DNA from: Candidatus Eiseniibacteriota bacterium | GTDB taxonomy: Bacteria > Eisenbacteria > RBG-16-71-46 > JABDJR01 | Length of the DNA: 64,000 nucleotides | Assembly: GCA_963783375.1 (NCBI GenBank) | Contig: CAWANH010000028.1 | Coordinates: forward strand, 896,001 to 960,000 | Direction of reading: 5' to 3' | Shown here: piece by piece, positions 10,272 through 18,681 of the stretch | Numbering within the stretch: position 1 is the first letter of the stretch | How the letters are laid out: the number at the start of each line of letters is the position of its first letter | Translations under genes and position numbers: made by a program | Notes under the pieces: generated by a model | The model's input: the letters and a program-made list of their open reading frames with translations, nothing else | What the model was told of the DNA's origin: nothing | Databases searched by the model: none

Positions 10272-10439
10272 CCGGCCGGCGAGTGGACGGCGTCAAGGTT
10301 TGCTGACACGGAGTCGGTCTCAACCAGGATCGAATTTGTCCGTTTACGCTGTAGTGACACCCGCAATCGGGTGTCGGCGAAGTTTTCATAAATCGGCAAG
10401 CACTTGGAATCCATCATCTTGGCAAACCGTTAAAATTGT

Positions 10440-10468
10440 TTGACTTACAGGCTTGAATCCTCCATAAT
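10440..10468 (+). promoter_or_regulatory. Sigma70-type promoter for the PEP-CTERM gene
   Basis: TTGACT (10440-10445), 17 nt, CATAAT (10463-10468) in an AT-rich intergenic stretch. Confidence 0.65.
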
Positions 10469-10638
10469 TATCCTGTGTCGGAGGTGGGTCGAGGTTCGTG
10501 AGAGCCTTGATTCTAGCCCCGATCAGCTTCCGGCTCGGGCCGGAACGGGAGGTGGAAGGGCGGCGGGGTGTCAGGGATCAGCAACACGTGGTCGTTCGGA
10601 TTGTCCGGGTTGTCGTCGCCGGACGGGAGTTGAGTAAA

Positions 10639-11418
10639 ATGTCGAGGCTCACGAAGTTCTCATCGATCTTGATGCTCGCGGGAGGCTTCGCCGTTTGGGC
10701 GGCGGCTCCGGCGTCCGCCACGATCCTGAACCTCACCTCGCTGGGGTCGAGCGGCAACATCGGGACCGCGTTCTTCCAGCAGGTCAGCAACCAGTCCACC
10801 GGGACCGGGGTCATCGATCCGTTCGTGCGCTTGCAGCACAACGGTTCCGAGATGGGGTTCAACACCGATTACCGCCCCTTGAACGGGGACCTGGCCGACG
10901 TGAACAACTCTCCTCAGTTCACCCACTCGCTCAAGGTGGGGGATTTCGGGGTGGTGAACCAGGGCGGGGTCCAGAAGATCCGCTTTCTCCTGGACATCAA
11001 CCAGACCAGCAACAACCCGTATCTTTCCCTGGATCAGCTGAAGGTGTACGTCGCCGATGCCCCGGACCTTCACACCAACGCGTCGCTCTTCTCGCAGACC
11101 CTGATCTACGACATGGACGCCGGTGGCGACAGCAAGGTTCTCATGGACTATCGCCTGGAGAGCGGGAGCGGCTCCGGCGACATGTTCGCCTACCTTCCCT
11201 ACGATCTTCTCTCGTCCTACACCAACAAGTACCTCTACCTGTTCTCGGAGTTCGGGGCCAGCGGCGACAGCCTGGCCACCAACGACGGCTTCGAGGAATG
11301 GGCCCGCGTCGACGGCGAGCCCCCGACGTCCACCGTCCCCGAGCCGACCACGCTGCTCCTTCTGGGCGCCGGTCTCGCGGGGAGCGCGTTCATGCGCCGT
11401 CGCCGCCGCTCGGCTTAG
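10639..11418 (+). CDS. PEP-CTERM sorting domain surface protein
   Basis: Signal peptide ending AAPASA; S/T/N/G-rich body; C-terminal VPEPTTLLLLGAGLAGSAFMRRRRR. Confidence 0.92.
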   Translation: MSRLTKFSSILMLAGGFAVWAAAPASATILNLTSLGSSGNIGTAFFQQVSNQSTGTGVIDPFVRLQHNGSEMGFNTDYRPLNGDLADVNNSPQFTHSLKVGDFGVVNQGGVQKIRFLLDINQTSNNPYLSLDQLKVYVADAPDLHTNASLFSQTLIYDMDAGGDSKVLMDYRLESGSGSGDMFAYLPYDLLSSYTNKYLYLFSEFGASGDSLATNDGFEEWARVDGEPPTSTVPEPTTLLLLGAGLAGSAFMRRRRRSA

Positions 11419-11457
11419 GAACCAATCAGGACCACACCTCGGCTCCTTGAACGACTG

Positions 11458-11492
11458 CCGGGGCGGCCCCATAGGCCGCCCCGGATTTTTTT
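11458..11492 (+). terminator. Rho-independent terminator
   Basis: CCGGGGCGGCC-ccata-GGCCGCCCCGG followed by A and T7. Confidence 0.85.
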
Positions 11493-11514
11493 ACCCCTGT
11501 GCTAGGCTTTGCCC

Positions 11515-13593
11515 ATGCCGTTTTCGTTCCTGAACGCCGCGCTCCTGGCCGGAGCGGCCGCGGCCGCGCTACCCATCCTCATCCACCTCTTCAGCCGCCG
11601 CAAGGTGGCGCGGATCCCCTTTTCCACCCTTCAGTTCCTGGAGGAGATCGCCCGCCGCCGGGTGCGGCGGGTCCGGCTCACCCAGTGGATCATCCTGGCG
11701 CTTCGGGTCCTGGCCCTGGCGCTCCTCGCCCTGGCCCTGGGGCGCCCCGCCTTCCGGGGCGATTTCGCTTTCGGCAAGAGCCGGGGGGAGAGCGCGGTGG
11801 CCGTGGTGCTCGACCAGTCCTACAGCATGCGGGCCGAGGGGGAACGGCGGGCCCTGTGGGAGAAGGCTCTGGCCCGGACCGGTGAGGCGCTGGGGGCCAT
11901 GGAGACCGAGGACCAGATCTTCCTCCTCGGGGTGGACCCCCGGCGGGACGAGGTGGAATCCTACCCCGGACCACACGCCGCCGCCGAAGCCCTTCGCGGG
12001 CGGGAGGCCGGCTTCGGCACCACCGATCTGAGCGGCGCCGTGCACCGCGCGGGATCGGCTCTCACCGACGCCACCGCGCTCAACAAGGAACTCTTCATCG
12101 TCTCCGATTTCCAGCGGACCGGCCTGGGACAGGGGATCGAGCTGGGAAAGACGGACCTTCTCGCCGACCTCGACCCCAAGACCCGGGTGTTCCTGGTGCC
12201 GGTGGACGAGGGCCCCCTCCCCAACACCGCCCTGGAGGACGCCCAGCTGGTGGGAAGCTCCATGGACCAGCGCGTGCACATCCAGGCCGCGCGATACGGT
12301 GAGACCTCGGTGGACGGACTCTCGGTCACGGTCGAAGCGGGAGCGGGGGAGGTGCTGGGGGAGGCGGTGATGAGCCTCGGCCCCGAAGCCCGCGAGGGCG
12401 TGGACGTGGCGCTCACCCGGATGCCCGCCGAAGGGGAGGAACTCCGGGCCCGCCTCGCCCAGGACCGCCTTCCCGACGACGACGCGCATTATATCCCCGC
12501 CCTGGGGAGCGGCCGGGTGTCGACGCTCCTGGTGGAGTCTCCGGCCCAGCCCTCGCCCTACCTGGGCCTGGCCCTCAGCCCCGGAACCGATGAAGGGCGT
12601 TTCGACGTGAAGCGCGTCACCCCCGATGAGCTTCTCTCGGTGGGACTCGGCGACGTCCGGCTGGTCATCCTCGACAACATCACCAACGTCCCGCGCGAGG
12701 CCCTGATGCGGCTCCGTCAGTGGCACGGGGCGGGCGGGGCGCTCTTCATCACCCTCGGGGACCGGGTGGACCTCCGCTATTACAACGAGTCGCTCCTCCC
12801 CGCGCTCTTCCCCGGGGTCGCCCTGGGGAACCTGCTGGGCACCGACGAGGCCACCGGCACGAGCTACAGCCTGATTCCCCGTGCCGCCGGTCACGACGCT
12901 TTCGCCGGGTTCCAGGCCGAGGTCGGCCGGCCGATCACCGGGGCCTCGTTCTGGCGGATCGTGGAGATCAAGAACCAGGAAGGCGTCCGTACCCTGGCCG
13001 AGTTCGCGCCCGGCCTCCCCGCCCTGGTGCAGGGGGACCGCGAACTGTTGTTCGGCTCCTCGCTGGACGGACAGTGGAACAATTTCCCCACCCACGCCGC
13101 CTTCCTCCCGCTGATCCACCAGAGCCTGGACGCGCTCCTCCGCGAGGGATCCGAGGACCGGGTGGTGGTGGGCGAGCCGGTTCAGGGGGTGGTGGACCTG
13201 GCCGCGGTGCCCTCGGGCTCCGACCTGGTCTGCATCGGACCGGAGGGGGTGACCCTGGACGTGACCTCGGAGCCGGTGGCCCGCGGTCTCCAGGTACGAA
13301 GCGCCCCCACCCCGCGCCCCGGCTTCTACACCATCCAGGTGGCCGATCGCGAGATCCTGCGCCGGGCGGTGAACCTCGAGACCACCGCCGAGTCGGACCT
13401 CACCCCGCTCACCCGGGACGAGCTCCGACGGATGTTTCCCGGGAACCGCGTTACCGTGGTGGAGCCGGGCGAGGCCATCGGGACCCCGATCCGCGAAGCC
13501 CGTTACGGGCGCGAGTTCTGGCGGGAGCTGGTGGTGGTGGTCCTGCTTCTCATGATCAGCGAAGGCTGGCTCGCCCGGCGCGGGGTGGCCTGA
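11515..13593 (+). CDS. BatA N-terminal double-TM + VWA domain protein
   Basis: FLN..LL.G...AALPILIHL, FSTLQFL, MIDAS-like DQSYSM, SDFQ, C-terminal RE.W..L TM segment. Confidence 0.88.
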   Translation: MPFSFLNAALLAGAAAAALPILIHLFSRRKVARIPFSTLQFLEEIARRRVRRVRLTQWIILALRVLALALLALALGRPAFRGDFAFGKSRGESAVAVVLDQSYSMRAEGERRALWEKALARTGEALGAMETEDQIFLLGVDPRRDEVESYPGPHAAAEALRGREAGFGTTDLSGAVHRAGSALTDATALNKELFIVSDFQRTGLGQGIELGKTDLLADLDPKTRVFLVPVDEGPLPNTALEDAQLVGSSMDQRVHIQAARYGETSVDGLSVTVEAGAGEVLGEAVMSLGPEAREGVDVALTRMPAEGEELRARLAQDRLPDDDAHYIPALGSGRVSTLLVESPAQPSPYLGLALSPGTDEGRFDVKRVTPDELLSVGLGDVRLVILDNITNVPREALMRLRQWHGAGGALFITLGDRVDLRYYNESLLPALFPGVALGNLLGTDEATGTSYSLIPRAAGHDAFAGFQAEVGRPITGASFWRIVEIKNQEGVRTLAEFAPGLPALVQGDRELLFGSSLDGQWNNFPTHAAFLPLIHQSLDALLREGSEDRVVVGEPVQGVVDLAAVPSGSDLVCIGPEGVTLDVTSEPVARGLQVRSAPTPRPGFYTIQVADREILRRAVNLETTAESDLTPLTRDELRRMFPGNRVTVVEPGEAIGTPIREARYGREFWRELVVVVLLLMISEGWLARRGVA

Positions 13594-13602
13594 CCCCGCC
13601 GT

Positions 13603-14781
13603 GTGATGAGCCGCTCGGCCGCCTTCCGCCTCATCATTCTCTTCGGGGTGGTGAGTCTCCTCGCCGACATGACCTACGAGGGGGCGCGGAGCATCACCGG
13701 ACCGTTCCTCGCCGTGCTGGGAGCGAGCGGGGCCGCGGTGGGGGTGGTGGCCGGCCTGGGCGAGCTGGTGGGCTACGGGCTCCGGTTGCTCTCCGGCTAC
13801 GCCGCCGAGCGCACCGGCAAGGTGTGGGCGTTCACCCTCGTCGGCTACGCGGTCAATCTCTTCTCGGTGCCGTTCCTCGCCCTGGCCGGGAGCTGGCCGG
13901 TGGCCGGTGCGCTCATGATCGCCGAGCGGACCGGAAAAGCCATCCGGGCTCCCGCCCGCGACGCGATGCTGTCCCACGCGGCCAAGGAAGTTGGGACCGG
14001 CAAGGCGTTCGGCATCCACGAGGCCATGGACCAGATCGGCGCGGTGGCCGGCCCCCTCGGGGTGGCCGGGGTGATGTACGTCTTCGGGGGCTACCGCCTG
14101 GGCTTCGGCTGGCTGGTCATCCCTGCGGTGGCGGCGATGGCGGTCCTCTTCCGCACGCGCCGGCTCTATCCCGACCCCCGTCGCCTGGAAGTCGCGGCGG
14201 CCGCCGGCGGGGAGAGCACCGCAATCCCCCGGTTGTTCTGGGTCTACGTGGCGGGGGTGGCGCTCACCGCCGCCGGCTTCGCGGACTTTCCCCTGGTGGC
14301 ATTCCACCTGGAGAAGGCGTCGGTGGTTCCGGCGGGGTCCATCCCGCTTCTCTACGCCCTGGCCATGGCGGTGGACGCCGGGGCGGCGCTGGCCTTCGGG
14401 TACCTCTTCGACCGGGCGGGGATCGGGGTGTTGGCGGTGGCGGCGCTGGTCACCTCCGGATTCGCGCCCCTGGTGTTCCTGGGCGGGACCGCTCTGGCCG
14501 TGGCCGGGATCGCGGTGTGGGGGATCGGCATGGGCGCCCAGGAGTCGATCATGCGGGCGGCGGTGGCCGAGATGATCCCCGCCGCGCGCCGGAGCTCAGC
14601 CTACGGCATCATGAACGCCGGCTACGGCGGGGCGTGGTTCCTGGGGAGCGCGGCCATGGGCTTCCTCTACGACCGCTCGCGGCTCTGGATCACCGCCTTC
14701 GCGGTGGGGATGCAGCTCCTGTCGATCCCGGTGTTCCTGGTGACGGCGCGGATGATGCGGCGGGGGGAGAAGAGGGCATAG
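13603..14781 (+). CDS. MFS transporter
   Basis: About 12 TM helices; VSLLADMTYEG, ERTGKAIRAPARDA, AFGIHEAMDQIGA. Confidence 0.9.
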   Translation: MMSRSAAFRLIILFGVVSLLADMTYEGARSITGPFLAVLGASGAAVGVVAGLGELVGYGLRLLSGYAAERTGKVWAFTLVGYAVNLFSVPFLALAGSWPVAGALMIAERTGKAIRAPARDAMLSHAAKEVGTGKAFGIHEAMDQIGAVAGPLGVAGVMYVFGGYRLGFGWLVIPAVAAMAVLFRTRRLYPDPRRLEVAAAAGGESTAIPRLFWVYVAGVALTAAGFADFPLVAFHLEKASVVPAGSIPLLYALAMAVDAGAALAFGYLFDRAGIGVLAVAALVTSGFAPLVFLGGTALAVAGIAVWGIGMGAQESIMRAAVAEMIPAARRSSAYGIMNAGYGGAWFLGSAAMGFLYDRSRLWITAFAVGMQLLSIPVFLVTARMMRRGEKRA

Positions 14782-14910
14782 CCGGTTTCCCGTACCGCTC
14801 TGCCGGCCGGTCGCTCTAGATGGAATTCCGGTTGTCGAGACGGCGTATCATGATGCAATTGGTGTCCCCTCGCGCAGCATCCCATTACCCCAGCGAAAGG
14901 ATTGACCCTC

Positions 14911-15330
14911 ATGTCCACCGAAGACGAAGTTCGCAAAGCCTCAGACTTGTTCTACTCCGCGTTGAACCGCATGGCCAACGGCAATGCAGGGGCCATGGGC
15001 GACATCTGGTCGCATGGTTCGACCGTGACCGCCATGCATCCGATCGGCGGACGGGAAGTCGGCTGGGAGGCGGTCCGGACCTCGTTCGAACAGGTGGCCA
15101 AGCTGGCCTCGGACGGGAAGATCGAGGTGAAGGACCAGCTCATCCGGGTGGCCGGGGACATGGCCTACGAGCTCGGCATCGAGCACGGGCAATTCAAGCT
15201 CGGCGGACACCAGGTGGCCATCGAACAACGGGTTACGAACGTGTATCAGCGCGAGTCGGGATCCTGGAAGATCGTCCATCACCACACCGACGCCTCGCCG
15301 GCCATGATGGAGGTTCTGAGCAAGCTGTAG
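14911..15330 (+). CDS. SnoaL/NTF2-like (DUF4440-type) protein
   Basis: FYSALN...IWSH....HP.G....GWEAVR.SF...RVTNVYQR..GSWKIVHHH. Confidence 0.85.
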   Translation: MSTEDEVRKASDLFYSALNRMANGNAGAMGDIWSHGSTVTAMHPIGGREVGWEAVRTSFEQVAKLASDGKIEVKDQLIRVAGDMAYELGIEHGQFKLGGHQVAIEQRVTNVYQRESGSWKIVHHHTDASPAMMEVLSKL

Positions 15331-15516
15331 CCGGCCCCGCGCCAGCTGGGCGGCAGGCCGCTCGGGCGCCCGGCAAGGTCCGGCCGAGTCGACCCGACCC
15401 TGTTCCTGCCCCGGTCCGTGGTCAATGCCTCCCGGCTTCCGGCGGCGGCCCGGCGCGCCGGTCAACCCACCGCGGGAACCGTCGCCCTGGGAAATATCGA
15501 TCCTGGTGGTATGAGG

Positions 15517-15537
15517 TGTACCCGGGTACATTTTTTT
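15517..15537 (+). terminator. Weak terminator-like palindrome
   Basis: Perfect palindrome TGTACCCGGGTACA followed by T7, between the SnoaL gene and the convergent HNH gene. Confidence 0.4.
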
Positions 15538-15591
15538 CTGATTGCAACAAGAATTTCCATCAAATGATCCAGGTCCCGGCGATGAGACCGG

Positions 15592-16497
15592 TCAGCCCGC
15601 GCGGAATCGTTCGTAGCGGCGGGAAAGGAGAGCCGGATCCGGGCGAAGCGCCGGATCCCGCGGAAGCACGATCCGGTTTTGATGCATCCCCTTCAGCCCG
15701 TGGAGGAGCATCGGCCCATCCTCTTCCTCCAGGATGACCGGCTTGATCTCGACGACGTAGTCGGGGCGGATGCCGAGGAAGTTCCGGTCGAACGCCGCAT
15801 GGTGAAGCTTGCAGAGCGCCAGGCCGTTGGAGACAACCGGCTCGCCCTCCGGTTCCTTGTCCGGAATGATGTGGGCCGCATCCAGGAGCTCCTCGTGCCG
15901 GAGTCGGCAGAGCGCGCACTGCTCCCGGTAGGCCCGCAGAACGCGCTCCCGGAAGGACCGCTGATGAACGCGCTGCCGGACCACGGCCGTGACGTAGGCG
16001 CGCCGGACGCCGGCTTCCGGCTCGGCGACTAGCGAGAAACCGGTGCTCACGAATTTTGCGTCGTCCGCCTCGACCGTGAAGGACAGGCCTTCAGGGTCGT
16101 CACCCCGGACGTAAACCGGCCAGACCGCCAGGTACTTTCCCTTCACCAGACCGAAGAAATAGATGAGGGGCGTCTGGGTGGCCATCGCCCGCCGCAATCC
16201 CACGTTGTCCCGATGCTGCGGATCGGTGCCCCGATAGCGATAGCTCAGCCGGTCGCTGCCAATGAAGCCATCGTTGTAGGGACCGTTCGGCGTGGTGGTG
16301 ATGGACAGCGGGATTTCGCTGATCAAGCGCGGTTTGAAGATCCCCTGGGGACCCATCAGGGGAACCCGCTCGCCCCGGAAAGTGAACCCCTGAGTCAGGA
16401 GGGACCGGGGCAGAACATCACCGAGGAGATCCACCTGCTCGGCGAGCCAGGCGAACGCAGCCAGTCTGACGGCACGATCCGATTCGGTTCTGTCCAT
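15592..16497 (-). CDS. HNH endonuclease with N-terminal SRA-like domain (putative type IV restriction enzyme)
   Basis: C-terminal FRERVL.AY..QCALC....LLDAAHII...NGLALCKLHHAAFD; N-terminal PY.D......YRYRG......DN.GLR.AM....PLIYF. Confidence 0.8.
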   Translation of the reverse strand: MDRTESDRAVRLAAFAWLAEQVDLLGDVLPRSLLTQGFTFRGERVPLMGPQGIFKPRLISEIPLSITTTPNGPYNDGFIGSDRLSYRYRGTDPQHRDNVGLRRAMATQTPLIYFFGLVKGKYLAVWPVYVRGDDPEGLSFTVEADDAKFVSTGFSLVAEPEAGVRRAYVTAVVRQRVHQRSFRERVLRAYREQCALCRLRHEELLDAAHIIPDKEPEGEPVVSNGLALCKLHHAAFDRNFLGIRPDYVVEIKPVILEEEDGPMLLHGLKGMHQNRIVLPRDPALRPDPALLSRRYERFRAG

Positions 16498-16556
16498 GGG
16501 ATTGCGTCAGATTAGCCGATACGAATGCCAGCCACCAGGCCATACCCGGAAGCCGC

Positions 16557-18095
16557 CTACCCCACCCCCAACCCCGCCTCCAGCGCCCGCACCGTGGTCT
16601 CGAGCACCTTCACCCGCGCGAAGTGCTTGTCGTCGGCCTCGACCAGGGTCCAGGGGGCATAGGGCGTGCTGGTGTGGCGGATCATGTCGCTCACCGCTTC
16701 CAGGTAGCGGGGGAGCTTGGCCCGGTTCCGCCAGTCCTCGTCGGTGATCTTGTAGCGCTTCCGGGGCACGGCCTCGCGCGCCCGGAACCGGCGGAGCTGC
16801 TCGTCCGGGCTCACCTGGAGCCAGCACTTGACCAGGATGATCCCCGCCTCGGAGAGCGTGCGCTCGAACTCGTTGATCTCCTGGTAGGCGCGCCGCCACT
16901 CCGGCTCGGTGGCGAACCCCTCCACCCGCTCCACCAGGACCCGCCCGTACCAGCTCCGGTCGAACACGGTCAGGTGGCCGGCCTTGGGGATCTCCCGCCA
17001 GAACCGCCACAGATAATGGTGCGCGGCGGCGGCGCCCTGGGGCGCGGCGATCGGAACCACCTCGTAGCCCCGAGGGTCGAGCTTCTCGGTCAGGCGCTTG
17101 ATCGCGCCCCCCTTCCCGCCGGCGTCCGAGCCCTCGAACACCGCCACCGCGGCCCGGCGCTTGGCGTAGGCCGCGAACTCCAGCTCGCGCAGGCGATCCT
17201 GGGCCCGGTGGAGCGCCTCCGAGTACGCCTCCGGCTCGAGCTTCTGCGAGAGGTCCAGCCCGGCCAGGGGCGAGTCCCGGGGAATCGGCGGCGGATCGGT
17301 GAGCGGATCCGGATGCGGCTCGAACGCGGCCGCCGCGCCCTCGGGCGGATCCGGCGCGTCGTGTTCCGGGTCGGGAAGGGCCACGCCGCGTGCTTCCAGC
17401 GCCCGTCGCAACGCCTCCGAGGCCTCGGTCAGGATCTTCACCCGCCGGTGGCGGTCGTCCTCCGCCTCCACCAGGACCCACGGGGCGTCGGCGGCGTAGG
17501 TGAGGGCCAGGGTCTCCTCGGCCAGCTCCACCACCCGCTTGTAGCCATGGCGCGCGGTCACCGGCTCCCGCGCCCGCCACTCCTGGTAGGGGTCCTTCGA
17601 CCACGCCTTCACCCGGCGCTTCTGCTCCTTCTTGCTGATGTGGAGCCAGAACTTGACCAGCACGGTGCCGTCGTCCACCACCTGGCGCTCGAAGTCCTTC
17701 GCGGCCTCGACCGCCCGGTCCCATTCCGCCTGGTCCAGCTCGCCGGCCAGGCGCGCCTCGATGAGCACGCTGTACCAGGACCGGTCCAGGATGCCGATTG
17801 CCCCCCGGGCGGGGAGCCGCCGCCAGAACCGCCAGAGAAGTGGCCGGAGCGCCTCATCCTCGGTGGCGGCGCGGGTGGTGTGCACCTTGAACCCGCGGGG
17901 GTCCATGTCCTCGACCAGGCGGGCGATGGCGTCGCCCTTCCCGGCCCCGTCCAGCCCCTCGAAGACGAAGAGCGCCCCCACGCCGTTCTCGTAGGCCGCC
18001 CGCTGGAGGACGGAAAGCTCGAGGCCGAGCCGGTCCATCGCGGCGTGGTACTCGTCCTTCCCGAGCTTGAGGTCGAGATCCAGGGTTTCGAGCAT
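16557..18095 (-). CDS. pap: Polyphosphate:AMP phosphotransferase (two-domain PPK2)
   Basis: Two PPK2 domains with FEGLDGAGKG and FEGSDAGGKG, two DRSWY motifs; start MLETLDL at 18095. Confidence 0.9.
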   Translation of the reverse strand: MLETLDLDLKLGKDEYHAAMDRLGLELSVLQRAAYENGVGALFVFEGLDGAGKGDAIARLVEDMDPRGFKVHTTRAATEDEALRPLLWRFWRRLPARGAIGILDRSWYSVLIEARLAGELDQAEWDRAVEAAKDFERQVVDDGTVLVKFWLHISKKEQKRRVKAWSKDPYQEWRAREPVTARHGYKRVVELAEETLALTYAADAPWVLVEAEDDRHRRVKILTEASEALRRALEARGVALPDPEHDAPDPPEGAAAAFEPHPDPLTDPPPIPRDSPLAGLDLSQKLEPEAYSEALHRAQDRLRELEFAAYAKRRAAVAVFEGSDAGGKGGAIKRLTEKLDPRGYEVVPIAAPQGAAAAHHYLWRFWREIPKAGHLTVFDRSWYGRVLVERVEGFATEPEWRRAYQEINEFERTLSEAGIILVKCWLQVSPDEQLRRFRAREAVPRKRYKITDEDWRNRAKLPRYLEAVSDMIRHTSTPYAPWTLVEADDKHFARVKVLETTVRALEAGLGVG

Positions 18096-18278
18096 GGGGG
18101 GATTATTCCACAAACCCGCGCGCCCGGCGGGAAACAGGACCCCGTTCCTCATGTTTGGCCAATCTCCGGCTTTCCGGGCGCTTTTGGTATAGTCGTATCG
18201 ATCCTCCCGGTCGACCCTCAAACGCGGCCGGACGGCGAGCCGGATCATCCTGCCGCCCGCGCCGGGGAGCGATAGGAC

Positions 18279-18581
18279 ATGGAAGCCAAGCTGACCCAGG
18301 ACGAGGACCGCTACCTTCACGACCTCCTGATCTGGGACGCCCGCCACCGCTCCATCGAATCGGTGTTCCAGCACGCCGCGCTCGGTCTGGGGGGGCTCAT
18401 CATCGTGGGGGCGATCGTGGTCGCTCTCCGGGGACTCACCGACCGGATGATCTACGGGATGCTGGTGCCGAGCATCCTCTGCGGGCTCTTCTTCGTGGGT
18501 CTCTACGTCTTCGGCCGGATCCGCGCCCACGAACGTCATCGCCTGGCCGGGATCGCCCGGAAGCTGATCGAGTACCGCTGA
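18279..18581 (+). CDS. Small two-TM hypothetical membrane protein
   Basis: AGGA RBS before ATG, two hydrophobic segments, upstream TGGTATAGT extended -10. Confidence 0.7.
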   Translation: MEAKLTQDEDRYLHDLLIWDARHRSIESVFQHAALGLGGLIIVGAIVVALRGLTDRMIYGMLVPSILCGLFFVGLYVFGRIRAHERHRLAGIARKLIEYR

Positions 18582-18681
18582 CCCCGCCGCGGCCCGCCGA
18601 CGCGGACCCCGGGCGGTCCGTGAGCACCCGCGGCGGAGCCTCGGGGCCCGATCACCGCGCCGGTGGTATCCTCTGTCCCTC

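Noticed and set aside
10340-10435. Sigma54/PrsR-type promoter typical of proteobacterial PEP-CTERM genes
   Set aside because: The GGCA candidates lack the GG-N10-GC spacing; a sigma70 match fits better.
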